From a virus: a stretch of 64,000 bases of DNA. Location: the IMG/VR virus record IMGVR_UViG_3300023184_000036. One strand, 5' to 3'. The translations under genes were made by a program, and so were the position numbers. Below, piece by piece: positions 18,044 through 27,062 of the stretch (its first letter is position 1; every line of letters starts with the position of its first letter). A model generated the notes under the pieces. The model saw nothing but the letters and a program-made list of their open reading frames with translations. It was not told the origin of the DNA and searched no databases.

Positions 18044-18292
18044 TTAACGTGCAATACCAAGATTGCGAAGTTCTTTCAACTTTTTCTGCCAACGTTTTTG
18101 TGCACGTGCATTGGCTTTCTTACGTTTCATGCTTGGTTGTTCAAAACGTTCACGTTCACGAAGTGTTTGGAAGATACCATCTTGTTGTAGCATCTTCTTC
18201 ATCTTGCGAAGTGCTTTATTAACATCATTATTGTGAACTTCTACAAAAAATCCACGTTGTTTAACATTTTCAAGTTCTGGTCTGCTAGACAT
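18044..18292 (-). CDS. rpsU: 30S ribosomal protein S21 homolog
   Basis: VEVHNNDVNKALRKMKK...GIFQTLRERERFEQPSMKRK; start 18292 with GAGG RBS. Confidence 0.85.
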   Translation of the reverse strand: MSSRPELENVKQRGFFVEVHNNDVNKALRKMKKMLQQDGIFQTLRERERFEQPSMKRKKANARAQKRWQKKLKELRNLGIAR

Positions 18293-18674
18293 TATTTTCC
18301 TCTTTGATATAATTAGCATGTAGTTGAATAAGCCAAGAATATATATCAAACGTTTCACGATGATTATATTTGGCAATATCATTGGAGCCATATCCCCAAC
18401 AATTCTTTTGTGCAAGCAAATAACCTTTTAATAATTCTTTATTGCCGCTAAAACGTGTATTAACAAGTGTAGCATAACTGTGTTTGTGTGAATTTAAACA
18501 CCAAACATCATCATTTTCATTGCTACCATATAAGAATAATGTAATATCAATGTCAAGATTGTTGATAGTATTTGACAGACGTTCTATGTCGCCCCATTCA
18601 ACATCTACAAGTAGCACCTTGAATCGGTGATCTAAATCAAGATCAGGTGCGGTTACAATTCTACTTTGGTTCAT
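18285..18674 (-). CDS. Hypothetical protein
   Basis: ORF coupled within the operon. Confidence 0.65.
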   Translation of the reverse strand: MNQSRIVTAPDLDLDHRFKVLLVDVEWGDIERLSNTINNLDIDITLFLYGSNENDDVWCLNSHKHSYATLVNTRFSGNKELLKGYLLAQKNCWGYGSNDIAKYNHRETFDIYSWLIQLHANYIKEENNV

Positions 18675-20311
18675 TTACTTAAATTATCTATAGCAACTTG
18701 TTCAGTTGGTGTCATATCGTCATATTCAACTTCACGACGACCTAATCTACCTAACTGCCAATTCTGCCAATTCACGTTATCAGTATAGCCAGTATTTTGG
18801 TATCTGTCAACTAAAATCCACTCTGAACCATTCCATTTATACAAATTATTTGGTTCACGAACAAGTATAAAAAGTTGACCCATATATGGTTGTGTTGGTA
18901 AATTATGTCCAACAATATCATTATCTACATCAAGTAGATATGCTTTGTCACCAATATCATCGCTTTCTGCAAGACGTTTATCTAGTTCACGTTCTGCTTT
19001 AAGTTGATTTATTTCATTATTTTTTGCATCAACTTCTTTAATAAGATGATCAAGTGCAACAGTCAAGTCCATAAGTGTTTTGTTATCTGTTTTATCAATT
19101 TCTACAATCCTATCAACAGGAACTTCAACTATTTTTTCAACAATAGTTTCCACAGGCACTTCAACAATCTTTTCTACAATCTTTTCAACTTGAACTTCCT
19201 TGATAACTTCAACAGGAACTTCAATTCTATCTACTGTAGTGATGTAAACAGGTTTTTCAATCTCAACAATCTTTTCAATAGTTTCAACTGTAGGAATTTC
19301 TATAATTTTCTCCACAATTTTGTCACGGAATATTGGAACCGCCTGAACAACTTCACGTTCAATTATTTCTGGTTCACGATTACGAAATGCTTCTAATTCT
19401 TCTTCCAATTCACTTACACGTAATATAGCTTCATTATTATAAACTGTTACTATTTTTTCAATAGGCTTTTCAACAACAACTTCTTTAACAATTTCTTTTA
19501 CAATTTGTTCTGTTTGTGCATCTTGCTCTTTGCGACGATTGCTGATACCCATTGTTGCACCCAAAACCAAGCTGACTGCAAGGGGATCAAACACAGCAAC
19601 AATAAAAATAATAACCCAACGAACTGCTCGTTCAAGTAATGATTTATCAACATTATCTCCGTATATTAATTGTGCGATATACTTAATTGGTCCAACTTCT
19701 GCTTCAACTTTTAATTGCGCTTGGTTAAGTTTAAGTTTTTGTGCGTTTAGATCAGCAATACGCTTATTGGTTTCATCAATAGTTTGGTTAGCCGCAAGAC
19801 GTTCTTTCTTTTGGCTATCACGCAGTTTTGTTGCTTGGGTGGTGAGTGTTGCTGTGCGGTTGTTATCACGTGTTGCATTGCTTGCGCCACTGTTCAACAG
19901 TCCATTTACAGCATCATCCATTTGTTTGATAAGTGCTTGATTATCCTTGATTCTTTGCTGTTCTACTGCAAGATTTTGGTCAATCTGTTCAATAAGCAGA
20001 GTATTATCACCTACGCTACTTGTAGTTTCAATGTGTGCACGTGATAGGAATCCAAAGATACCCATACTTGTTACAAACATAAGAACAATAATAGCAAGTG
20101 CAAGATACCATTTTACAATAAAGTTTACACGGTTCCAATTCTGGTGTAGCCATACTGTGGTAATAATCTTACCAAACTCTAATACACCACCCATAATGAT
20201 AATAGGAATTACAGCACCGCTGAATATAGCTGTAAGACCAGCAATACTGTAATATGCCGCCACGCCACTAATGCTGACTGCACTTAAAAGTGCTAAAATA
20301 TTAAGAAACAT
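18671..20311 (-). CDS. Membrane protein with coiled coil and VEKIVEVP repeats
   Basis: Three N-terminal TM segments, a coiled coil, EVGPIKY, a TM ending VFDPLAV and a repeat region. Confidence 0.7.
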   Translation of the reverse strand: MFLNILALLSAVSISGVAAYYSIAGLTAIFSGAVIPIIIMGGVLEFGKIITTVWLHQNWNRVNFIVKWYLALAIIVLMFVTSMGIFGFLSRAHIETTSSVGDNTLLIEQIDQNLAVEQQRIKDNQALIKQMDDAVNGLLNSGASNATRDNNRTATLTTQATKLRDSQKKERLAANQTIDETNKRIADLNAQKLKLNQAQLKVEAEVGPIKYIAQLIYGDNVDKSLLERAVRWVIIFIVAVFDPLAVSLVLGATMGISNRRKEQDAQTEQIVKEIVKEVVVEKPIEKIVTVYNNEAILRVSELEEELEAFRNREPEIIEREVVQAVPIFRDKIVEKIIEIPTVETIEKIVEIEKPVYITTVDRIEVPVEVIKEVQVEKIVEKIVEVPVETIVEKIVEVPVDRIVEIDKTDNKTLMDLTVALDHLIKEVDAKNNEINQLKAERELDKRLAESDDIGDKAYLLDVDNDIVGHNLPTQPYMGQLFILVREPNNLYKWNGSEWILVDRYQNTGYTDNVNWQNWQLGRLGRREVEYDDMTPTEQVAIDNLSK

Positions 20312-20312
20312 A

Positions 20313-20678
20313 TTAAACTTCCACCGTATTTTCTACTACATACCAACCAAGTTTCTTGAAATCTTCACGTATTTCTTCTGTAATTGTGGCTTCACTAACA
20401 TAAGAAGAATTATCTTCCATGTTACTTACATAATAACGCATGTAATCGCCACTTAAACTACCATCATACAAACTAGCACCAATACCGCCAGCATGTCGCC
20501 AACTACAACTCCAATGTTCTGCCGCTAAAATTGTAAGAACCTCTGCCTTGATAAACTCATTGTTGCATAATGCCGCATAAAGATGTTGGCAATATGCATC
20601 ATTACCACGTGCTTTATTGCGTATATAATCACTATTATACAAATCTTGTTCAAGGTTTGGTTTAGGTTGGTCAGTCAT
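20313..20678 (-). CDS. Hypothetical phage protein
   Basis: LYAALCNNEF...WSCSWRHAGG; GGAG RBS before ATG 20678. Confidence 0.7.
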   Translation of the reverse strand: MTDQPKPNLEQDLYNSDYIRNKARGNDAYCQHLYAALCNNEFIKAEVLTILAAEHWSCSWRHAGGIGASLYDGSLSGDYMRYYVSNMEDNSSYVSEATITEEIREDFKKLGWYVVENTVEV

Positions 20679-20679
20679 A

Positions 20680-20717
20680 ATACGCTCCATGAATAATTAA
20701 TCTATCATGGAGCGTAT
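20680..20717 (-). promoter_or_regulatory. 13-bp hairpin occluding a GGAG RBS and overlapping a TTGACT...TAGATT promoter
   Basis: Minus strand ATACGCTCCATGA-TAGATTAATTAT-TCATGGAGCGTAT-T-ATG. Confidence 0.6.
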
Positions 20718-20727
20718 GCAAAGTCAA

Positions 20728-22992
20728 TTAAAAATCAATAGTTAAACCAACCATAACAGTGGCATTGTTATAATTGTTACCATGATTATATCCACCACGC
20801 AAGAAAATACTTGTATTGTCAAATACTTTCTTCTTGATAGTAGAACGAACGCCAACAACAACACCATATTGGTCATTATTGGTTACTCTGCCTTCAAAAG
20901 ATATATCTTCATCCATTTCATAGCGAGTTCCAACATATGGCATAACATGTGTGCTCTTTGAATTAGTAAGACCGTTTGAAAGTAGGCTTGTGCCACTTTC
21001 TACAATAGAACCAATTTCACTATTAACAATAGTAGCACCAATCAATGGTCTCCAACCAGCATAAGCAGTTGCTGAATATAAGGTTAGATCACCATATGAT
21101 ATGCGTTGTTCTGATGTTTGAACATAACTTAAACCAAAATCAGAAATGCTATTCTTGGTAGTAACATCAACAATATTTAAGCCAAGAGAACCTTTAATCC
21201 ATAGTGGTTCCATTTTCTTAAACACATAAGCAGTCGCACTATAGTTGGTTCCGCTCATAGTTGAGTTTAGCGCACTGTTGACTAATTGACCAGCCTGACC
21301 AGCAACACCTGCCGTGATATCGTCAACTGTCTTTTGATAGCCAAAGTTTATTCCACTTGCACCAATATTGCCACTCATAGAACCACTTGCATTTACCCAA
21401 CTACCATCTTTTGTAGTAAGTGGATCAATGATAAATAGATTAACTATATTATAATTAAACAGTGCTTGTGTGCCGCCAACATTAACATCTTTCTTTTTGT
21501 TTACAGATGTAGAAGTATAAGAATCAAGTGTTTGGTCTGATGATACAACTTGATATACAGTATTATCAGTTGATGTAGGTGTTCCATATGTCACGCTAAT
21601 AACATTGCCATTAGCATCTACAGTAGTAGTCGTAGGTGTAACAGTAGTAGTTGTTGTTAGTGGTGTCGTAACCGTAGTTGTTACAGTATATGGATTATCA
21701 GTAATTGTAGTTGTATTTTTGTTTACAGTAACTGTATCTCCACCTTTGGTCTTGCTGAATGAAATAAGATCAACAGAAGAAGAAGGCAGATTAGTAGTTG
21801 CAGTAGTTGTTACTGCTGTTCCACTGGATGTACTTGTAGTTGGAACATTAACAGTAGTTGCAACACTTTGTAGTGCTGGTTGAGTTGTAGAAACAACGTC
21901 AGTGCTTGTTGTTGTAGTTGTTGTTACAGGAGTTCCATTTACAGTTTGGGTTGAGCCATCACTGTATGTGTTTACAGTAACAGGTGTTGTGGTAGTTGTA
22001 GTTGTAGTAGGTGTTGTTACAGTAGTTGTAACTGTATAGTATGTTGTGACAACCTGATTACCGTTGGCATCAGTAGATGTAACTGTGCTTGTATTTGTTA
22101 CAGTTGTAGTAGTAGGCGTTCCAATTGAATTGGATGTAGTCACACTTGGTGTACCTGTTGCTGAACTTACAACAGTAGGTGTAGAAGGAGCACCACCGCC
22201 ACTTGGATTAGACACACTCATGGTAGAATTATAACCACCGGCTGTTCCACTAGTCGTTCCACCAGTTGCGCTTGGACCACCACCATTTTGGTTGGCTACA
22301 AGACCTGTTGTATTACGACCTGGTGTACCAGTATTATCAACGATACAAGCATTGCTGCCACCCCAAGCACCTTGACAAGCACCAAGCGCAGGACTTAATG
22401 TCCATCCCTGTGCGTTTGTGCCATTGTAAGGACCAAACTCTGGATTATAAAGTAAGTTGGTTCCGCCATTTAATGTAAGAGTTGGTGCACGGTACCAAGG
22501 ACCGTAATCACCAGCCCAATAACTTCCGTCAACACCATACATAGATACTTTTGCGTATGCTACAGTAGCACAACTGCCACCGCAGTTTGTTGATGATATA
22601 GATAAGGTAGTCCAAGGCACAGCAGGATCGGCTTGTGGGTTGCCACTTAACATCACACCTTGACTATTTGCTGTTCCACTTTGACTTGGCTGTGGTAAGT
22701 TATTTGAGTAACTTGTATTGACAGTGTTTATTAATGTATTTGAAGAATTATAAAATTGAATCTTTACGTTAGCAGTATCGCTTTGACCTGCACGACCGCC
22801 ACCATTGTGTGCTAGGACGCTAAATTCAAAAGTTCCGCCATTTTGCATTGTGCTATCAAAAACAACACTTTGACTAATTGTTGTAGTTACATAGGCTGTT
22901 GCTATGCTATTGTAAATATCGGTTGCGTATGAATTAGACGCAAAAAGTGTCATTGCCATACCAAGTATGGTCTTACAAATATTCTTAAACAT
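20728..22992 (-). CDS. Secreted autotransporter-like outer-membrane protein with Thr-rich stalk
   Basis: Signal peptide, Cys-containing N-domain, ~230-aa Thr/Val-rich linker, amphipathic beta strands and terminal VMVGLTIDF. Confidence 0.65.
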   Translation of the reverse strand: MFKNICKTILGMAMTLFASNSYATDIYNSIATAYVTTTISQSVVFDSTMQNGGTFEFSVLAHNGGGRAGQSDTANVKIQFYNSSNTLINTVNTSYSNNLPQPSQSGTANSQGVMLSGNPQADPAVPWTTLSISSTNCGGSCATVAYAKVSMYGVDGSYWAGDYGPWYRAPTLTLNGGTNLLYNPEFGPYNGTNAQGWTLSPALGACQGAWGGSNACIVDNTGTPGRNTTGLVANQNGGGPSATGGTTSGTAGGYNSTMSVSNPSGGGAPSTPTVVSSATGTPSVTTSNSIGTPTTTTVTNTSTVTSTDANGNQVVTTYYTVTTTVTTPTTTTTTTTPVTVNTYSDGSTQTVNGTPVTTTTTTSTDVVSTTQPALQSVATTVNVPTTSTSSGTAVTTTATTNLPSSSVDLISFSKTKGGDTVTVNKNTTTITDNPYTVTTTVTTPLTTTTTVTPTTTTVDANGNVISVTYGTPTSTDNTVYQVVSSDQTLDSYTSTSVNKKKDVNVGGTQALFNYNIVNLFIIDPLTTKDGSWVNASGSMSGNIGASGINFGYQKTVDDITAGVAGQAGQLVNSALNSTMSGTNYSATAYVFKKMEPLWIKGSLGLNIVDVTTKNSISDFGLSYVQTSEQRISYGDLTLYSATAYAGWRPLIGATIVNSEIGSIVESGTSLLSNGLTNSKSTHVMPYVGTRYEMDEDISFEGRVTNNDQYGVVVGVRSTIKKKVFDNTSIFLRGGYNHGNNYNNATVMVGLTIDF

Positions 22993-23160
22993 AATTTTCC
23001 TCGATTTGATTTTAATTCATTGAATGTAAATGATAATTGAATCGTTGAAAAATAATGTTATTGAATAGTTGAAAATACTATTGCTTATAGATTGCATGAT
23101 ATTTAGGCGACTATTTCTGTAATAATGTTCCTATAAATATGTTTAAAAGGGAGTTCAACT

Positions 23161-23919
23161 ATGCTTGGTGATAAAACAATACCAGAATTAGCCGTAATCT
23201 TTGCTGAAATCGCAAGTGCTGCTTATATTGATAATGACGATACCGTTTACAAAAATCTTGGTTTTACTAAAACAAAGTTTATTGACCATGAAGGTGCGCA
23301 AGCATATGTCGCCGCAAGTAAAGATGAAGTCATTGTTGCTTGCCGTGGAACACAACCAACACAACCAAATGATTTATTAGCAGACCTTAATACTATTCCA
23401 AAGCGTCATGGCAGTGGTTGGGTGCATCAAGGTTTCCGCACAGAAGCACGTAAAATCATTGATGATGTTTTAGATTGGGCAAAGAAGAATAAAGGCAAAG
23501 ACATTTACGTAACTGGTCATAGTCTTGGTGCAGCAATTGCACTTTATGTTACACAAGAGTTGGAATATGCTGGTTTTCCACCAAAGTTACTAATGAGTTA
23601 CGGTCAGCCACGATTAGGCAATGCAGATTATGTAGATGGAATTAAAACAGAACATTATCGTTTTGTAAACTGTAATGATCTTGTAACACACGTTCCACCA
23701 CGTGCACTGTTATTCAAGCATCATGGCAAACTTTGCTATATCAACTTCTATGGTAATATCCGTCCTGTAACAAGCTGGCAACGTTTTAAGGATCAATTAC
23801 GTGGTCGTATTCGTGCATGGAAAAAGGGTGAGTTCTTTGATGGTATTCGTGACCATGGTATGGACAAATATATTGCAAAACTAACAAATATTCGTGATAC
23901 TGGTCAAGACATTGCGTAA
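23161..23919 (+). CDS. Lipase class 3 (alpha/beta hydrolase)
   Basis: CRGT, VHQGF, VTGHSLGAA, YGQPRLGN, DLVTHVP and DH motifs. Confidence 0.9.
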   Translation: MLGDKTIPELAVIFAEIASAAYIDNDDTVYKNLGFTKTKFIDHEGAQAYVAASKDEVIVACRGTQPTQPNDLLADLNTIPKRHGSGWVHQGFRTEARKIIDDVLDWAKKNKGKDIYVTGHSLGAAIALYVTQELEYAGFPPKLLMSYGQPRLGNADYVDGIKTEHYRFVNCNDLVTHVPPRALLFKHHGKLCYINFYGNIRPVTSWQRFKDQLRGRIRAWKKGEFFDGIRDHGMDKYIAKLTNIRDTGQDIA

Positions 23920-24310
23920 GTTATTGATTTCATTGAGTTTTTTAAGTTTAACTGGCTGTGTAAGTGTGGACAGTATGTATAAGTTTATTCCAAGTTTTTG
24001 GGATGACAACCAAAGCGCAGCCATTACTAATGTTCGTAACGATATTGCCTATATTAATTGTAGCAAGCCACAACTACAACAAGCACAAAATATTGAGCGT
24101 GATGCAAATTGGTTTATACTATACAGCGAAAGCAAAGGTATTACGCAAGGTGATGTTATTGCTGTAGTTAAACCAATTCGTGACACTGCCGTTGAATGGG
24201 TAGAACGTACAAAGACAAAAGAACCAAGTGTTGCTTATTGCAAAATAAAGAAAGATATACTTGATAGTCAAGCAGAGGCTGCGGCTAAAGCAGTATTAGG
24301 GAGATACTAA
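23894..24310 (+). CDS. Lipoprotein, hypothetical
   Basis: Basic N-terminus, hydrophobic stretch and lipobox LTGC; exact start uncertain. Confidence 0.65.
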   Translation: MILVKTLRKLLISLSFLSLTGCVSVDSMYKFIPSFWDDNQSAAITNVRNDIAYINCSKPQLQQAQNIERDANWFILYSESKGITQGDVIAVVKPIRDTAVEWVERTKTKEPSVAYCKIKKDILDSQAEAAAKAVLGRY

Positions 24311-24540
24311 TGTTAGAAGATTTACAAAAACTACTTAATTGTGGTAAACCTTGGGCTGTAAAACGTGCAAGCATTGCCAATGACTTGATTGAACAATATA
24401 AAAGCGGTGATTTAGCCGAAGATGAATATAAAGAATTGATGGCTGATTTAGTTGCCACTGATAAGTTAAATGCGGAAGCAGATGATCTTAATGTTAAGTC
24501 CATGCTTATTGGTTGCATTAAAGCCGCAATGAAACTTTAA
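24310..24540 (+). CDS. Small hypothetical protein
   Basis: TAATG coupling and GGAG RBS. Confidence 0.65.
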   Translation: MLEDLQKLLNCGKPWAVKRASIANDLIEQYKSGDLAEDEYKELMADLVATDKLNAEADDLNVKSMLIGCIKAAMKL

Positions 24541-25004
24541 TTAGCATCCGTATAAAACCAGTGGTTGCCTATCTTTTTAATAAACTTAAACCCTTTGTTT
24601 TTAAACGGTTTATTATTAAAGTATAGTGCACCACCTGTTGGATCATGCATATAAGCATCATATAATATGTGACCAGCTAAAAGATATAATTCCATATACT
24701 TTTCAGGTGTAATCTGCCTATAAGGATAACAAATAAAAGTAAACTGACAATCTTCTTGGCTGCGTTGATTAACAACCTTACAGGCGGTTTTTGGAAACTT
24801 GCCACTATTGATACGATTACGAACTACCCAACCAACTGCAACTTGCCCTTCATATCCTTCACCATAGGCTTCATAAAACAAAGCCTGAACTAAACACTCT
24901 GTTGGTGATTCCTGATAAACTTTTGGTTTTGGGGGTTGATCTTTAGAAAACGCAGGATAACTCACTGCGATTAAGGCTACCAAAGATATAAAAAGCCGTT
25001 TCAT
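24537..25004 (-). CDS. Cell wall hydrolase (SleB/Hydrolase_2 family) with signal peptide
   Basis: CLVQALFYEAYGE...AVGWVVRNR...CQF...DPTGGALYF...IGNHWFY. Confidence 0.88.
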   Translation of the reverse strand: MKRLFISLVALIAVSYPAFSKDQPPKPKVYQESPTECLVQALFYEAYGEGYEGQVAVGWVVRNRINSGKFPKTACKVVNQRSQEDCQFTFICYPYRQITPEKYMELYLLAGHILYDAYMHDPTGGALYFNNKPFKNKGFKFIKKIGNHWFYTDAN

Positions 25005-25020
25005 TACCTCATAAAAAGTT

Positions 25021-25285
25021 GCAACCATTTCTGTTTCTAGGCTGGTTGCCCACCCAATGAATTACGCCGCTAGGCGCATTTCAAATGGAGCGTTATCATT
25101 CGCTGCATTTACTTTTTTGGTCTATAAAGCGACTAACCTGTTATCTCCAACAATTCCTTCGCCGTCAATCGATTCCCATAACGGGCCCACAGAAATACAT
25201 CACTTTACTAATGTATTTGTGGTGGACCCGACCAGATTCGAACTGGTGTCTTGCCCAACTATTTCAATTGCTATCAACAATAACA
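25021..25285 (-). ncRNA. ssrA: Circularly permuted two-piece tmRNA
   Basis: Acceptor piece ends GACACCAGTTCGAATCTGGTCGGGTCCACCA (25220). Intervening hairpin 25189-25219. Coding piece begins GGGCCCG (25188), giving a G3-U70 Ala identity pair. Tag AANDNAPFEMRLAA* at 25062-25106. Confidence 0.9.
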
Positions 25286-25289
25286 ATAT

Positions 25290-25320
25290 TATTTATAGCA
25301 TCATTGTGGGTTTATGTCAA
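25290..25320 (-). promoter_or_regulatory. tmRNA promoter TTGACA-N17-TATAAATA
   Basis: Minus strand TTGACA-TAAACCCACAATGATGC-TATAAATA. Confidence 0.75.
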
Positions 25321-25456
25321 GGGTTATTTGCTGCTGTTTGCCGCAATGTGGGCAATATAGTTTTTTAGGCTTCCAATCGTCCATTACGGCAATACTAAAC
25401 CACATTTTACAGAACTCACAGGTAAAATGCCAGATTTTTTCTACATTGGCTTGCAT
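25301..25456 (-). CDS. Unannotated 51-aa zinc-ribbon protein
   Basis: MQANVEKIWHFTCEFCKMWFSIAVMDDWKPKKLYCPHCGKQQQITLDINPQ*; TAATG coupling. Confidence 0.7.
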   Translation of the reverse strand: MQANVEKIWHFTCEFCKMWFSIAVMDDWKPKKLYCPHCGKQQQITLDINPQ

Positions 25457-26241
25457 TATTTTATTTTTTCCCAATTATCTAAATTTGACATTATATCATG
25501 AAACACACAACCAAAATGTTCGCAATCTCTTGCATACGATTGTTTTTTCCGTGCATCAATTGTAGCATCATTAAATTTTTCTTCATTTACTTTATAAAAA
25601 TTAAAATTATATTGTTTTGCAGCATATTTTATTGCATCCCAGTTTCTTTCCCAAAATATTTCATTTTCTTCTTCTGAAACTAAAAATTGTTCAAACATAA
25701 CTTTTTTAAGTTTTTCTCCAATTGTATTATTGTATCTTTCATCAATCAACCATGGAGCAAATATATCATATTTGTAAATTTTTTTGTTAATAAATTCTTT
25801 TCGTTTTCTGTATATTGTCATTATAAAAACATTTTTTGGTTTTAACACTGGTATCCATGATTTAAATAAACGATACACTGTTTCTATTCCAGTGCCAGCT
25901 TGACCCATATTATAAAAATTACCATTATTAAGTTGTTTGTTTATCTTATATGCATATGTATCTTCTATATTAAGACCTAAACCCTCGGTAATACTACATC
26001 CAAAAAACATATTTCCATCTTGGGGATTTTTTATATCAAAATTATCATATGTTCTAAAACCATAATTGTTATATGAATAAGTTATTTTTGTATCAATCCA
26101 ATTATTTTTCTTTAATATTTCTTCATTTGTTATTAAATTTTTTTTATATCTCTCAATGCAGTCACCTGCAATATAATACGATTTACTATTAGGTTTAGTG
26201 TAACTATATGAAAATTTTTCAAAAAAATTGTTATTACTCAT
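25456..26241 (-). CDS. SGNH-like hypothetical protein
   Basis: YNNYGFRT, FFGCSITEG and ARDCEHFG motifs; very low GC. Confidence 0.6.
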   Translation of the reverse strand: MSNNNFFEKFSYSYTKPNSKSYYIAGDCIERYKKNLITNEEILKKNNWIDTKITYSYNNYGFRTYDNFDIKNPQDGNMFFGCSITEGLGLNIEDTYAYKINKQLNNGNFYNMGQAGTGIETVYRLFKSWIPVLKPKNVFIMTIYRKRKEFINKKIYKYDIFAPWLIDERYNNTIGEKLKKVMFEQFLVSEEENEIFWERNWDAIKYAAKQYNFNFYKVNEEKFNDATIDARKKQSYARDCEHFGCVFHDIMSNLDNWEKIK

Positions 26242-27062
26242 TACTTAATTTTTTCCCAATAATCAAAATCGGATATCATATCATGGAATTGTGAACCAAG
26301 ATGAAAGCAATCTCTTGCGTAATAATCATTCTTTCTGCAAGTTGCCGCCGCTTTAAGAATTTTATATTGTTTAGGAATGTAAACATTACAATCTAATTTA
26401 GATATGACATAATGAATAGCATCCCATGTTCTTTCATATGAAATTTCTATTTCTTTCTGTGATGCTAAAAAATCAAAATAAAATTCACGCTTTTGTTTTT
26501 GTAATTGCATATCATTAGCAAATTCTTTTATTAATGTAGAAATATGTGTGTCATCTAAATCCCAAGGACCAAAATTATTATCATTATAATTTTCAGAATG
26601 TAAAAATTCTCGTCTTGCTTTGTGTAATGAGTAAATGAATATAAAAATATTTTTTGGTAAAACTTTACTTGTCCAAGATTTTAATAGTCGATATACAACT
26701 TCTACACCGCCGCCACTTTGACCAAAATTATAAAAAGAACCACCTAATTTTTGATTAATTTGATAAGCCCACGTGTCCTCTATATTAAGTCCAACTCCAT
26801 CTGTCAAACTACACCCAAAGAACATATTAAAATCTGTGTCATTCTGTATATCATAATCATGGTAAGTTCTAAAACCATAATTGTTATACCAATATTTTAT
26901 TTCCGTATTAACCCAATTATTTTTTTCTAATAATGAATGTTTGTTTTTTAAATTATATTCAAATAAGTTTTTACTGTCATTGCCTATAAAATTATACAAA
27001 GTATGTGGCTTGAATAGCTTGTAACTATTTGAATAATTTTCAAAGAAATTATCTGTCATCAT
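26241..27062 (-). CDS. SGNH-like hypothetical protein (tandem paralog)
   Basis: YNNYGFRT, FFGCSLTDG and ARDCFHLG motifs; same WEKIK C-terminus. Confidence 0.6.
   Translation of the reverse strand: MMTDNFFENYSNSYKLFKPHTLYNFIGNDSKNLFEYNLKNKHSLLEKNNWVNTEIKYWYNNYGFRTYHDYDIQNDTDFNMFFGCSLTDGVGLNIEDTWAYQINQKLGGSFYNFGQSGGGVEVVYRLLKSWTSKVLPKNIFIFIYSLHKARREFLHSENYNDNNFGPWDLDDTHISTLIKEFANDMQLQKQKREFYFDFLASQKEIEISYERTWDAIHYVISKLDCNVYIPKQYKILKAAATCRKNDYYARDCFHLGSQFHDMISDFDYWEKIK

Noticed and set aside
18293-18415. N-terminal extension of S21 in the ORF track
   Set aside because: Overlaps the upstream gene; the RBS supports ATG 18292.
21480-22260. GTAGTTGTT-type repeats as possible CRISPR or satellite
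   Set aside because: They are the reverse complement of Thr codons in a protein stalk; no constant repeat-spacer period.
25057-25368. Plus-strand ORFs of 103 aa and 91 aa
   Set aside because: Antisense shadows of the tmRNA gene; no RBS or recognisable motifs.
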